Assembly: GCA_053919585.1 (NCBI GenBank)
Contig: CM132796.1
Length of the DNA stretch: 64,000 nucleotides
Direction: 5' to 3' (one strand)
Source of the DNA: Euprymna scolopes
Taxonomy: Eukaryota
In this document: positions 26,825 through 38,356 of the stretch, in pieces
Layout of the letters: each line of letters opens with the position of its first letter
How positions within the stretch are numbered: position 1 is the stretch's first letter
Notes under the pieces: model-generated
What the model saw: the letters and a program-made list of their open reading frames with translations, nothing else
What the model was told of the DNA's origin: nothing
Databases searched by the model: none
Position numbers and translations under genes: made by a program

Positions 26825-27697
26825 CAGGATGAGACGATCAAATTAAACCCTAGAAACGATGACTTGATTCTATTTCCATTTCATGAAACACGTTTTCCTT
26901 TTATTGTTGCAGACCATTTACCAGTTGGCAAGTTGTGTAGAAATCCCAACAGTAATAAACCTTCTATCATGTCTGAAAATGATACAATGTTCAACAAGTG
27001 CGATAAGAGATGCGCTGTTGTACAAATCATGCTCTCTACCTATCTAATTTATACAGACAGGACAATGACCAGTACCCCAAAATCTAAATCCGAACGGTGC
27101 AACGCTTGGCCACACAACTCAATGGAGTTTCCAGCCATGGTTATGTTTTTTTTGTATGTGGTGTCAAGTGAGGGCCACGCCATGCCACCTCACATCTTCG
27201 AAGTGGGTTTGAAAGTCAACACCAAAGTGTACATGGAGTGCTGAAGAATGTGATGACCATCTGCTGCTATCATGTGGCCGCAGGCAGACACTGAGTGTGG
27301 CAGTAGGAATCGGCGCTAGCCCACAATTCAAAGCCTTCAGAAGGAGTACTTCGACTTTGTACCGTTCCCTCACTTGCCCCCTCTTCTCTTACCTGAACTA
27401 CTTCATTTGGTCATATGTTTACATTATCACCAACATGAACTTCGACAACACCAAAGCTAGCTTGCTCGTTGGTATTCCCCAAGTATTCGCCGCGCTCCCG
27501 CTAGTGCTTGTGGGAAATGAAGGATCCCAGTTATGGAATTTTATCGACGCTTTGATTGAGGCTGAAGGCGGCTATATTGAATAGCTGTCAGGTCTACTGA
27601 ATAATCAAGTTACCTGAATTGATTTTCTCAAAAAAAAAAAAAAATTAGATAAAGATGTGGTGTTTCTTTAGGCCGAAAATTATATCGCTCCACCGTG
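26825..27697 (+). mobile_element. Internally deleted Tc1/mariner-superfamily (maT-like) transposon
   Basis: Imperfect TIRs TA|CAGGATGAGACGAT ... ATCGCTCCACCGTG|TA. Remnants VVSSEGHAMPPHIFEVGLKVNTKVY and C-terminal LIEAEGGYIE. Confidence 0.78.
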
Positions 27698-28361
27698 TAT
27701 AGCTTGTTTCCCAATATACAATGCTGCCATGACGTAGCCCCTTTTTACATATGGGAGCGCCGCAAGGATTTAAATCTTCCTTCAGATAAACTGCTAGTGT
27801 AGTAATTTTACTGTTGCCAAAAAATCAATGCCATTAACATTGCTTCCTCCATTGTCCAGGTAGTGTAATAACATCATCGTCAAATTCTTTACCATTTTGG
27901 ACGTTGATAGCCATTCGTGCGGATCCCCTTATCTAAGAAATTACTTTCCCAATTACAAAGTTATGTTTTATCTGATCTACTATTAAACTATCTTTTTAAA
28001 CATTACATTTTCTTTTAGTCTCGAATACACGTGTTTACCATAAACCATCTTCTCAGCAATAACATGATTTAGAGCGGGCATTGTAATATATATTCATTCA
28101 CTATGATAATACTTTTATATATTACCCCTTCTTATTCAGGGTAAAAATGTAGAGATTTTTCTGTAGCAATATGACAATCTCACAGCGATTACGTTCCTCA
28201 CATTTGATGGTGTAATGCTTAATATGTGCAGCATTCTTGTATACATTATAATCAAGCACTGCCTCCGTTTTATATCTGTGGGAGCAGAATTTAGTTTTGT
28301 TATGCCACAATTCTTATCATTAATACCTTTTCTAGCGGTTGGTTGTTTATATTATTTTATA

Positions 28362-28943
28362 CTACAGACTGCGCCGCGTCGACACACACAACGCCAAGTC
28401 AAACACAAAATCAAGTACACTCAACATCAAATACACTCAATATCGTCTTACCATCCACGCTTACCCTGTGAACACGGAGTATGGAAATTCTCATATGCAC
28501 AAAACAAAAGCACTGAAAAAAACTAAAATACCATAACAAAGGGTAAGGATATCGAGTAAACGTTGGATAAAGTGATGGTTTAAATTATTACGATTTTGCC
28601 AAGGATCGAACCTGGAATCTTTCGAGCCATAGTCTGACGTGTTATTCATTGCGCAACAAGTCCATTCTATATGCCGAAAGAGGTTACCGTGAATGTATAC
28701 AGACAGTGCTAAATTCCGTTGAAATGGGCAGGTAACTTTCTCGACAATTGCACAAAATGGCCCAACAACCCTTATTTCACGCTTTTTGTGTGACTCGGCG
28801 TTGTTCGTTAAGAACCAGGGACTCACACCTTTCAGGGAAAAAAAGAATTTCAATTTGGTGCATCCGTTCGAAAGTTGTATTTGTATATATACGAACAGGC
28901 ATAAACAAATAATAAACATTTAGAATTTTATTAATAGAGTAGA
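28362..28943 (-). mobile_element. Probable non-autonomous Helitron carrying a tRNA-Arg copy
   Basis: Minus-strand start A|TCTACTCTATTAATAAAA. A GC-rich segment precedes a degenerate GTAG|T end, so the 3' boundary is uncertain. Confidence 0.45.
28591..28663 (-). pseudogene. tRNA-Arg(ACG)-derived pseudogene
   Basis: The 73-nt sequence GGACTTGTTGCGCAATGAATAACACGTCAGACTATGGCTCGAAAGATTCCAGGTTCGATCCTTGGCAAAATCG is collinear with the animal tRNA-Arg-ACG consensus. The anticodon now reads ATG and the stems are mismatched. Confidence 0.82.
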
Positions 28944-29176
28944 TGTTTGTTAATAATCATATTACTAATCCCGTCCGATTGCTTGTTGCTTTGTTTAAAA
29001 TTTACTATCCATAGATTGATCTAAATATATCCAAGATGAAATAAGTATTTCATGGCATTGGATTCGTAAATAAATCTATAATTATATTTTGTATATTTAT
29101 AAAGTAATTTAAATGTGTCCGTATAAAACTAAATAATAAAGCAATATGTAATAAAATCATATCAATCACAGTAGAA

Positions 29177-29224
<48 letters not shown>

Positions 29225-29303
29225 GAAAGTATTATGTCGATCTAGCTATGTCATGCTATCATTTGATTCGTTTAAAAAATGTCCTTTGTATGCGTAGAAC
29301 AGA

Positions 29304-29455
29304 TAGTGAGGTGGCTTATGATAATGATTGTTACCTGCTGGCCCAAAGCACCAAATTCGGCACACATATACTTTGGTACAAAGTCAAACTTTTTGGAGGG
29401 GGGTACCCGATTTTAAAGGTCAAGGTCAGGGCAAGGTCAAAGGTCAAAGGTCAAA
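29304..29455 (+). repeat. Academ TIR (3' end of the ORF) with five AGGTCA hexamers
   Basis: Shares tgctggcccaaagcaccaaa and cgattttaaaggtcaaggtca with the reverse complement of 34613-34774. Confidence 0.92.
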
Positions 29456-29964
29456 CATCGCTATTTGTTTTTTTTCAACTTTCTTATTAATTTCCAATAC
29501 AAAATGTGCTGCCATTACATAAATTACTGTTAATGCTCTTAAGGGAATTATATATGTAATTCAAGCTACATTTCTTTTAAGTGTATATTGAATTGTAGAA
29601 CAAGATCATAGGTCACCACTTGTAATTTCAATGTATATAACAATGAATTATTGGCATCAGTATTTATATATGAATTCTATTGGACAAGTAGGGCATTATT
29701 TATAAAGACATTAGTGCAATAAACAAACAAGTTGCATGCATGTTTCAGATACAATACAATAAGTCAAGCATAACACCATTCACTTCTATAATAATATGTA
29801 CTGTAGAACTTAACCGGATGCGAATATTGTAGTGGTAATCAGACTACTTCCTATTTAATGCAACATTCTTGCACTATTGTTGCAAGAATTGCTTACATGG
29901 ACTACCTCTATAAAACTCTGCATGCATATCTTCTTGAAAGGAGTACAAAAATATGGAAGGGTCG

Positions 29965-32900
29965 TCATGTTTCACAATCACCTCGGCACTGACATAGTGT
30001 TGTACATGTCAGGCCAGCTTTCTCGCATTTACAGTTCTTAACACACATAGGAACTGCTTTGCAACCACACTTTATGAGTTCTTTGCACGCAGCAGCAGCT
30101 GGAATTGTGGTCCAGATGGAATGCCACCCTGTGTCTGATTTGGACCATCCAAAACCAGCTGGGCTCGGGGCAGCAACGACTGGTTTCAGACTCTCTGTCC
30201 AGATACTGGCCTGGTACACACATCGGTTGACATGTTGGAGCAGAGCATTTTGTGTTGGTGGTAGCCTTTCCATTAGTTTCACTCTGTTCGGAAAGAGGTC
30301 TTGCCGAAGGTAATTAACTTTGCTATGGTGAGTTGTGTTGTCGTACATGGCATAGGTGAACTGCTCAATTAGCCTGAATACTGGAGATGATGTTTCTAGA
30401 GGAACAAATGGTGAGGACGATGCTGTAGTAAACCCTTCTGTCGAAATTGGGAGTGATTTCCAGGTCTTCCATGCTGATTTTTTTCCTTTACCATTAAATT
30501 GGGATGTTACATCACATCCAGTGAAAGCATGGAAGAAGGGTAGTGCTTGGCATTTATCTTCACCAAGTTCCAGGCAAACAGAGTTGATATGGTAGTATCG
30601 AAAGTGCCTTCCTGCACCAAATCCAACCCACAGATCTAAGTCAGGATACCAACTGACAAAACGGTGATAAACTCCTACAAGGACCACAACCACGTCTGTA
30701 TCAACAGTTCTGACAAGAACTGATGTTGCACCTTTCCTCAGGGCATCGTACACATGCAAAGAAATCCTGCTGTCTTCCTCCTCGTGGTCACACTTGTCCA
30801 TTGTACATCCAGGCTGATTGGACAGAACTCTTTCTCCGGAGGTAATGTATACCCATTTTTCAGGTGGGTAGACATGGTTGGCTACTTCTCCTGAGAGCAA
30901 AGCAAAAAGCTCTTCTTTGTTTCTGTCATTCTGCAGAAACCCAGCAAAGGACGCGGGAAGTTTGGCATTGCGAGACACCTTCCTGCGTACCCCCTTCCCT
31001 CGTTTCTCACGTGTAGTTGCCTTCAAGCTGTCTGGATGATATATGTCCCAAACAATGTCAATTCGAGTGCTGCTTTGCAGTTGCCTCTCTGTCCAAGGAA
31101 TGAAGATTTTGTCACTGTACTCCCCAAATGTACATTTGTGTTTATGCGGCAGGATGTGTACCATGGCAGCCCCATCGAAAATCTTTGCATCGAAGTGTGA
31201 TGGTGGTTCTGGCTGAATACTTGGGTCGATGCAAGCCAACAGTTCTGATTTATTTCCTGGTAGACGAAGTTTCCCATTCAGTGACAATACTGGTGGCCAT
31301 GGGTGATTTTCATGCGAGAAAAACTCCTCGAGGTTTGTGTCACGGACCTGAGTAGCAATGAAGAGTTGGCTGAATAGGTTATAATCACTCTTTATTTCCT
31401 GCAACTGAGTCACGTTTCTGCTGGGAGTACTGGTGTGTGGTCGCTTTACAAGTGGAAGTTTATTTTTCTTGTTTATGCTGTGGATTGATTTCTCTCGTTT
31501 CACCAGCACATCACTAACATACCTTGAGTACTGCTCTTTGCCCAGTTGCTCCATTCCGTATAGTGCTTCCACAACCTGTTCATCCATACAGTCATGGGTG
31601 TCAAGAACAATGAGTTCCTTTGCTGTGTTCAAGAATGGATTCCCCATTGATTTGATAACATCACACATATTGTTGACTTGTTTGTGGAATGTTTCCTGAA
31701 TGGCATGTCCTTGCTCGTGACTCTGGAAAGAAGGTTCCTCAGACAGGTTATTCATCTCTTCAAATTCATCGAGAATCCTTGCCTGCTCTGGACCGGCAAT
31801 CATCCATCGTTTCAAGGCAGCAGGATTCGTGGTCAGGCCAATTGCACCACCAGAATGTTTCACTTTTTAATTGTTCTGCTCGTGTGCTTGGTCTAGAGGC
31901 ATGGCTGAGAATGGTCGCCTACCCTTCAGGAACACCCAGTTTTTCTTGAATTCAGCTCTGATTGATGGCGGAAGAGTCTTCATGTCTTTTATGTGTACTG
32001 GCAGCCAGCGAGAGTAGTTCATGCGATCAAGCACAAAGAACCATGGTGCCAATGCTTCCAGCACTTCTACATAAAGAGCAAAATTCTTCTCCCTGTGTGA
32101 CCTCACAAAGATAAGGACTAGCAGCTCCAGCTGAAGAATCCTGTCATAGAATGCGAAGGTTGGACTGTTTTGTGTCATGTCAGTTCTCCAGTCTTCGAAG
32201 TGTATGCTGCGTTCTGGACACATTTCATGAAAGGAAGCACGCTGCAACTTTGCAAGAGTCATTGCTGTCACCTGATGTGCATGCCGTGTTCTGGTTAAGT
32301 GGGCAGCCTTCAGGAAGGAGTCAGCAGTTCCAGCTGTAGCAACACCACTCTCAGTCAGTGCAATACACCAACCAGATTCTTCCAAGAGATCCCCAACCAT
32401 TCTCCACAATGCCATCTCAGTATGTAAGCCTCCCAGGACAACAACATATTCAGATTCGCCAAGGGTTTCAGACCAATTCCACTGTGCATATTTGGCCAAA
32501 GCAAAGAGAGGTTGATCCACTGCAATAACAGGTATTCGCCCAGGGTTTCGCAATGTTGTTATTTTTTTCAGTACTTCCATACCATGCTTGGCCATAGCCA
32601 TCGATGCAGCCCTTTCGTAAAAGAGTGGCAGTAGAACACTTGTCCCGGGAATATCAGTAACTTCGCCTTCGCGTGCAGAATGATGCGAGGCCCAGGCCAT
32701 GATATCACCTTTTTCTAATTTGTTCTTTTGGGCTACAGGTATCCTTTCCTCTAACCACTGATTTTCTTTGTATATTGCTTCACATAGAACAGGTTCAGGA
32801 TCAGGGTCTTCCATAGCTGCAGCTTCTGTGACATTAACAGTGTCGGTGTTGCAAGCAATAGCTGGAACTATTCGATAACTATCTGGTAGGGATGGATTTC

Positions 32901-34434
32901 GAATGTGTGCCTGTGGTGGTATTTTGATGGGCTCTCTACTTGTCTCTTGCTTATTCTCTGCAGGAAACTGGAACACACTGATACTTGTGCCATGGAATGA
33001 TCCTTCAGCTGTTTGTGATGTTGGATTGTGATCCAGATTGTCTAGTGCCCCTGCTGTGAACACACCATCAATAAGTTGCACAGGACACACCACACCTTCC
33101 TCTTGATATCGTTCACATACTGCATTTGTCAGCCAGTCTTCGACTTCTAACACTCTTTAATAGCTGACACTGATTCCGAGTTTATGGAGATGTGTCAACA
33201 TTTTCTTGCTCCGGGTTTGCGTGTGAACACTCAAGCCTACATATAAGGGAAGCGGTGGTTCTTTGGATCTATGGTGGTGTGGGTTCTCTGCTACTTTGGG
33301 CTTATCTTTACAATTGAATCTAATCAGCTGGCATATGGTCAGACATTCTTGTGAATTTGTTGCGGTCTGGTCCTTGATGTTTGAACCATATAACAACATG
33401 GAGATCAAGACTTTGAGTGAATTTGGCACTGAGTCATCTTGACAGTCTGTGGTGAAACTTCCACTGAATGTACAGAATTTTGTCTTTGAAATTTCTTGCC
33501 GTATTAACTTTGCTATGTGTACCATTGAGAGAGCGTCCTTCTCAAAATCACGAGACTTCAACTCCTCCTTTATGAGCTTCTGAAGGCCTTCATTAAAGAC
33601 AAGAACTGTTTGTTTGCCAACTGATTGTTCCTGACACTGATCTTTGTAATGATTCAAAAGTTTGTTTTTCAGCCGTGTCTTGTTCACCTGTTTTTCATAT
33701 CCCAAGACTGCAAAGCGAGCTACACACATTTTGTGCAGATCTACTAATGGAAATATGTACTCCCCGTCTTCAACATTCGCTTCAATATAAGATATCATTT
33801 CTACAAATACCCTTGAGTCTGTCATTGATTGATCAGTTGTATCCGATAATGTAGCCATGGATCGCTTGTAACTTCTGTATCGAACACGGAATGCATTCAT
33901 ACCTTGTTTGTGATACTTTGCTTCAATAGCAACAAGATCCCCATCTGCAATAGTAGCTAACATGTCAGTATCTTGTAGTTCTGTTGCTTGCTCACGCAGT
34001 GTTTTGTCTAGTTCTAAAGTTTCACATTTGTGAAGTATACCATCTGACTTCTTGCAAAATATACACATGTTGCAACCCATTACTTCATCACTTCGAGATA
34101 CACGTTTGGATTTTCTTTGTCCAGTACTAACATCATCGCCAGAGTGGTCAACAATTCTATTTCTAGCATTTCTCTCTTGTGCCCTTAACAATTTTGATTT
34201 GGCAAATAATAAATGACAGTTTTTATGCCACTTAGCACAATTCACATTGAGGTCATTGGTTGTCACATCATCACCAAAGCAAATTCTTGCAGGCAATGAT
34301 TTCAGTTCTTTAAAACCATGTACATTTTTCATAAATTCTTCATATGCTTGTGAACCTTTGCCATCCTGTTGTGTTGCAGGACACTTTAATGCCCCATCTC
34401 CTGTACCGCATATGATGCACTTTGACCAATCCAT
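29965..34434 (-). pseudogene. Academ transposase-XPG nuclease-Cys-rich polyprotein; single frame with two internal TAA codons (33157-33159, 31867-31869)
   Basis: The three listed ORFs are in one frame: ...ISVSY*RVLEVED... and ...DQAHEQNN*KVKHSGG... Motifs: N-terminal CxxC/HxxC; DNLDH, VDQPL, GGLHTEM, DQAHEQ (transposase core); IFDG, DIVWD, HEEED, DTDV, TGCD (XPG/FEN1-like); C-terminal Cys cluster. First ATG at 34434 (MDWSKC). Confidence 0.88.
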
Positions 34435-34612
34435 GTTGCATTGAAGATTGAAATGCAAGCTCTCCACTACTGACTTGCCTTGCTGACTTCAGTTCTCAAC
34501 CAGGAAGCACTCTGAAACATAAAAATACATATTATTACAAATCCTGTTACCAACTATACTACTTGAAGCAAGATAAAACTAAAATGACACCTGAAATTAC
34601 AGTACTACCATA

Positions 34613-34774
34613 TTTTGACCTTTAACCTTCGCCTGACCTTGACCTTGACCTTTAAAATCGTGTACCCCCCTTCAAAAATGTTTGTATTAACCCAAAGTAT
34701 AGATGTACCAACTTTGGTGCTTTGGGCCAGCATGTAACGATTTGGTCATATTTTGGCCATAAGCCACCCAACTA
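34613..34774 (-). repeat. Academ TIR (promoter side) with TGACCT array
   Basis: Reverse complement of the left TIR. TGACCT at 34616, 34634, 34640 and 34646. Confidence 0.92.
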
Positions 34775-35236
34775 AGAAGTATTTTTATTACATCATCGGG
34801 TGATTTGCGGACTGTAATTTCAAAAAAAACATAATATACTCTGAAAGAATTTCCCATTCATATTTCTTAAAACTTTCTTTAAATAAGAATTCTTTTAATT
34901 AAGACTTAATTTGTTTCGAACATTATAAGTGATGTATTAGTATAGAAACCTGAAATTAGCCGCGATGTTATAAGGATCAACGAAGTCCGCAAGGACCTGC
35001 GGCGCGGTAGTTAGAGTACTTGGAAAAATCAATTGTAAAAAGTGATATTCTCCTGAAGGTTCAAGATTCAATCGTCAACGTGGGCGAGCGAAAAGTATAA
35101 TTGCGAATTACTGAGGACATCTATACAGTCATGGCTGACGAAACATAAACATGCTACCCCAGTAAAGTGTTCCGCTCGAAATTTCGGCCAAATTCCCAAG
35201 TTCGACAGAAACTTTCCCGAGTAAAATAAGATACAT

Positions 35237-35275
35237 CTGAAGAAGGTCGGAGGTTACATCAACCGAAACGGTGTG
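35237..35275 (+). other. Hammerhead-like relic within a dispersed repeat (~35040-35400)
   Basis: CTGAAGA-A-GGTCGG..TCAACC-GAAAC-GGTGTG. Both core halves are present, but the stems are poor and there is no clear stem I. Confidence 0.35.
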
Positions 35276-36061
35276 AAAATCACACTCAAGATGAGAACAG
35301 TAGTCTGATGAATCCAAATAAGACAAAGTTTCTATACATCCAATACATTTATTGTCATCGAAATCGGTGAAATCAGTTTTCAAAGAAAATCGATTGCTCG
35401 CTGTAGTCTTGCATCCACCGTGATAAACTGGGATGTAGGTAATACAGGCCTCTTAGCAATGACTTAATTCAAAATAAATTGTAATCAATATTGCACTGTA
35501 GAGAATCTAATGGGGTATTATATAAGATTATCTGTAAATAACAGCTTCACTTAAAGTTTAAAATAAAAATACCAAGTATGATAGTTCACTTATACTCTGT
35601 ACAAACATATTCATTTTGAACACGTTCCTGTCTCATCAAAGCGCCTTCTGTTGATTTTATACGGCGGGCTTTTCTACTTGGGCGGTTATAAAACTTCTTA
35701 GATACACTTGTGATGTAAGGTTTTGTAAAAGTAATAATTTTGATAAAAATCGAACTTCTATCTTTTATCATTTTTTCTGATTATTAAATTACAATACTTA
35801 TTACAACGATCTCACATACACCCCGCATGTACACACACGTTCAAAAGAAAATATCCTTTTTATATAAATGTAGCGATTTCTCCACTAAAAAATGTGTAAA
35901 TAGAAAATGTTTAACAAGCATAGAATTATCTGTACGTAGGTGCGTTAGCAAGGTCGTAGCACAAATTAAATCAATATCAATATATTAGTTAAAACTAACC
36001 GAACTATGCTATAAAAACTCCTGTTAAAAACTAAATAAAATAATTGTGTCCTATATTTACA

Positions 36062-36611
36062 CTAGCTTTGGTACGCGGCGTTTCAGGTTTTTCAGGGCGT
36101 GTGTTGAGCAAAAGAAAAAAGTGGGAGTTGGCAGGCAGGCTCGAACCTGTGAATGTTAAGAGTTGTGTTTAAAAAAAAATGACAGTAGCGTGAAGGAGGG
36201 AGTTAAAACCATAGTAGGCAGCCAAGGAAAAATGATAAAAATAAAAATGTGGTAGGGGATAGGCAGGTTCGAATCCGTGTCGCGAAGGCGGAAGAATTGA
36301 AATCTGCCGTCTTAGCCGATGTCTTCATGACGCGACCAGAAGACAAAAGCGTTGAAATTTACGAAGTCAATCCAATTGGGACGATGACTTGCTAAAATCT
36401 CGAAAAAAAAATCGATCCCTTCTTATACAAAATGGCGGAGTTTAGAGTGAAGGAATAATTGTTTTTGAAGGATATTTCGATATTGATCGTCTGATACATC
36501 GAGCTTCAAAATGATCCGATCCTGTCAGGTCCATCGCCTCTGTCGAAAGTTTTTTGCGAGACATACACACATACATACATTACAACAGGCAGGTGAGATT
36601 TATATTATAGA
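36062..36611 (-). mobile_element. Non-autonomous Helitron, array unit 1
   Basis: TC...CTAG ends on the minus strand, with internal tRNA-like B-box modules. Confidence 0.8.
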
Positions 36612-37149
36612 CTAGCCTAGATGCCTGGCGTTATCCGGGTGTTTGGTGGTGTAAGTTAAGTAAAATAAATGTAGTAGGCAGGCTTGCTCGAACCCGTGAC
36701 ATGAAGGCGGAAAAGAAAGTTGGGGTGTGTGTAAGGTTGTTGTTTAAGAAAAAAAAAGAAAAATTACGAGCGCAAAAAAGTGTTAGTATACAAGCAAGCT
36801 CGAACCCGTCTCGCGAAGGAAGAAAAAGAATTTGAAAAAAAAACGAGACGTCTTTGCCGTTGCGTCCATTGCCAAACTGGAAGTGTCAAAGATTTAGATT
36901 AAGGCTAGTAAATCAAAAAGAAGTGATACCTTTCGGAAATATTGGCGAAAAAGGCGGCCCTTCCTTGTAGAAAAGTGCCCAGTTGAGGGTGAAAGAATGA
37001 CTATTTTAAGCCTATCTTTCGATATTTGCCGCCTGAAGGGTCTAGCTTCATAACGATACCTATCTCCTGAATATCCGTCGCCTCTGTCGAAAGTTTTAGG
37101 CAGACACACATACATATATTAAAACAGACATTGAGATTTATATTATAGA
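36612..37149 (-). mobile_element. Non-autonomous Helitron, array unit 2
   Basis: The junction ATTATAGA|CTAGCC occurs on both sides, with a subterminal GC hairpin. Confidence 0.82.
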
Positions 37150-37627
37150 CTAGCCTGCGTGCCCGGTCGAGCCCGGGTGTTTGGAGGTGTGCGTTGAGCC
37201 AAAAAATAAAAATGTGATAGTAGGTAGGTAGGCTCGAACACGGACCGCGAAGAGGGGAAAGAACGTGAAAAAAGAAATGTGACGTCCTTTCTGTTGCGTC
37301 TACTGCAAAACGGAAAGTGACAAAGTTTTAAATTAAAGTTAATCAATCGAAAACAGGGGGATGAGTTTCGAAAATATCAGAGAAATAATCGACACCTCTT
37401 TGTAGAAAAGTGCACAGTTGAGTCGAGAGGAATTAATGTTTTTGGCAAATTCTTCGTTATTTGTCGTCCAAACGGTCAAGCTTCAATACGATATCGATCT
37501 TGTGAAAATCCGTCGCCTCTCTCGATACATACATACATACATACATACATACATACATACATACATACATACATACATACATACACATACATGCATTTTA
37601 ACAGGCAGGTGAGATTAATATTCTAGA
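37150..37627 (-). mobile_element. Non-autonomous Helitron, array unit 3
   Basis: Minus-strand 3' end CCCGG-GCTCGA-CCGGG-N8-CTAG, expanded (ATAC)n, and an A|TC 5' end at 37627. Confidence 0.82.
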
Positions 37628-38302
37628 TGTTTTAGTTGACACGTACGTATTGTACATTAGTAATGTTGTTTTTACAAGAAATCCTTCAATTCATTTATTT
37701 CTCTCGTGATTTGACCAATAAAATAATCAGAGATGGTATTACTTTAAAAACAACATATTTCTCATGAAACTTAACAAACAAGGCTAAGTCGATGAATAAT
37801 TGAGTGTTCATTGTAAAGTCACGTTTTACAGCACCAATTCCATATTCAAAGGAAATTACATCCGGATAAAAAGAAAGCTTTGTTCTAAAAAATTATATTT
37901 GAATACTAACTCTTATTCTTCACCGTGTTCTTTTTGTATTAAGTATATGCAATTCCATGTCTCCGTTAAGTCGTGAAATACAGCACATGCCCCCTGTAAT
38001 AAAGGCCGCGCATGAAATTACCAGACACGCGTTGCGCAATCCGTAATTATACATTTCCAAAATAAGCATTGCCTTAGTCCAGAGGTAAAGAGAAGTCCAG
38101 AATGATTGGAAAAAATACTGAGATAAGTAGAAAACACATACATTGCATTCTCAAATATGCACTCATTAAATACTGATCAGAATCAATGTTGCCTAACGCC
38201 ACTGATTAAACGGGGACCGTTGTGCTGACGTGATTATGCGATGCAATAATATGGCGGTAAATAAAAATATATGAATACATAATTATGTAAAAGTATAACG
38301 TG

Positions 38303-38356
<54 letters not shown>

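Larger units (their letters stand above)
29304..34774 (-). mobile_element. Full-length AcademX-type DNA transposon
   Basis: AGA|TAGTGAGGTGGCTTATG ... CATAAGCCACCCAACTA|AGA gives TAG/CTA termini and a 3-bp TSD (29301-29303, 34775-34777). It has ~150-bp imperfect TIRs and a ~1490-codon transposase/XPG/Cys-rich frame, which is the Academ architecture. Confidence 0.9.

Noticed and set aside
30038-34444. Short antisense/alternate-frame ORFs inside the Academ CDS
   Set aside because: Expected shadow ORFs of a GC-richer coding region; no motifs.
29965-34467. Three separate genes in a bacterial-style operon or a contaminant
   Set aside because: All three ORFs are in one frame with motifs continuous across the stops, inside eukaryotic TIRs with a TSD.
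36260-36330. Selenocysteine or opal-suppressor tRNA gene
   Set aside because: The TCA loop is seen in one repeat unit only, there is no acceptor stem, and it lies inside a Helitron.
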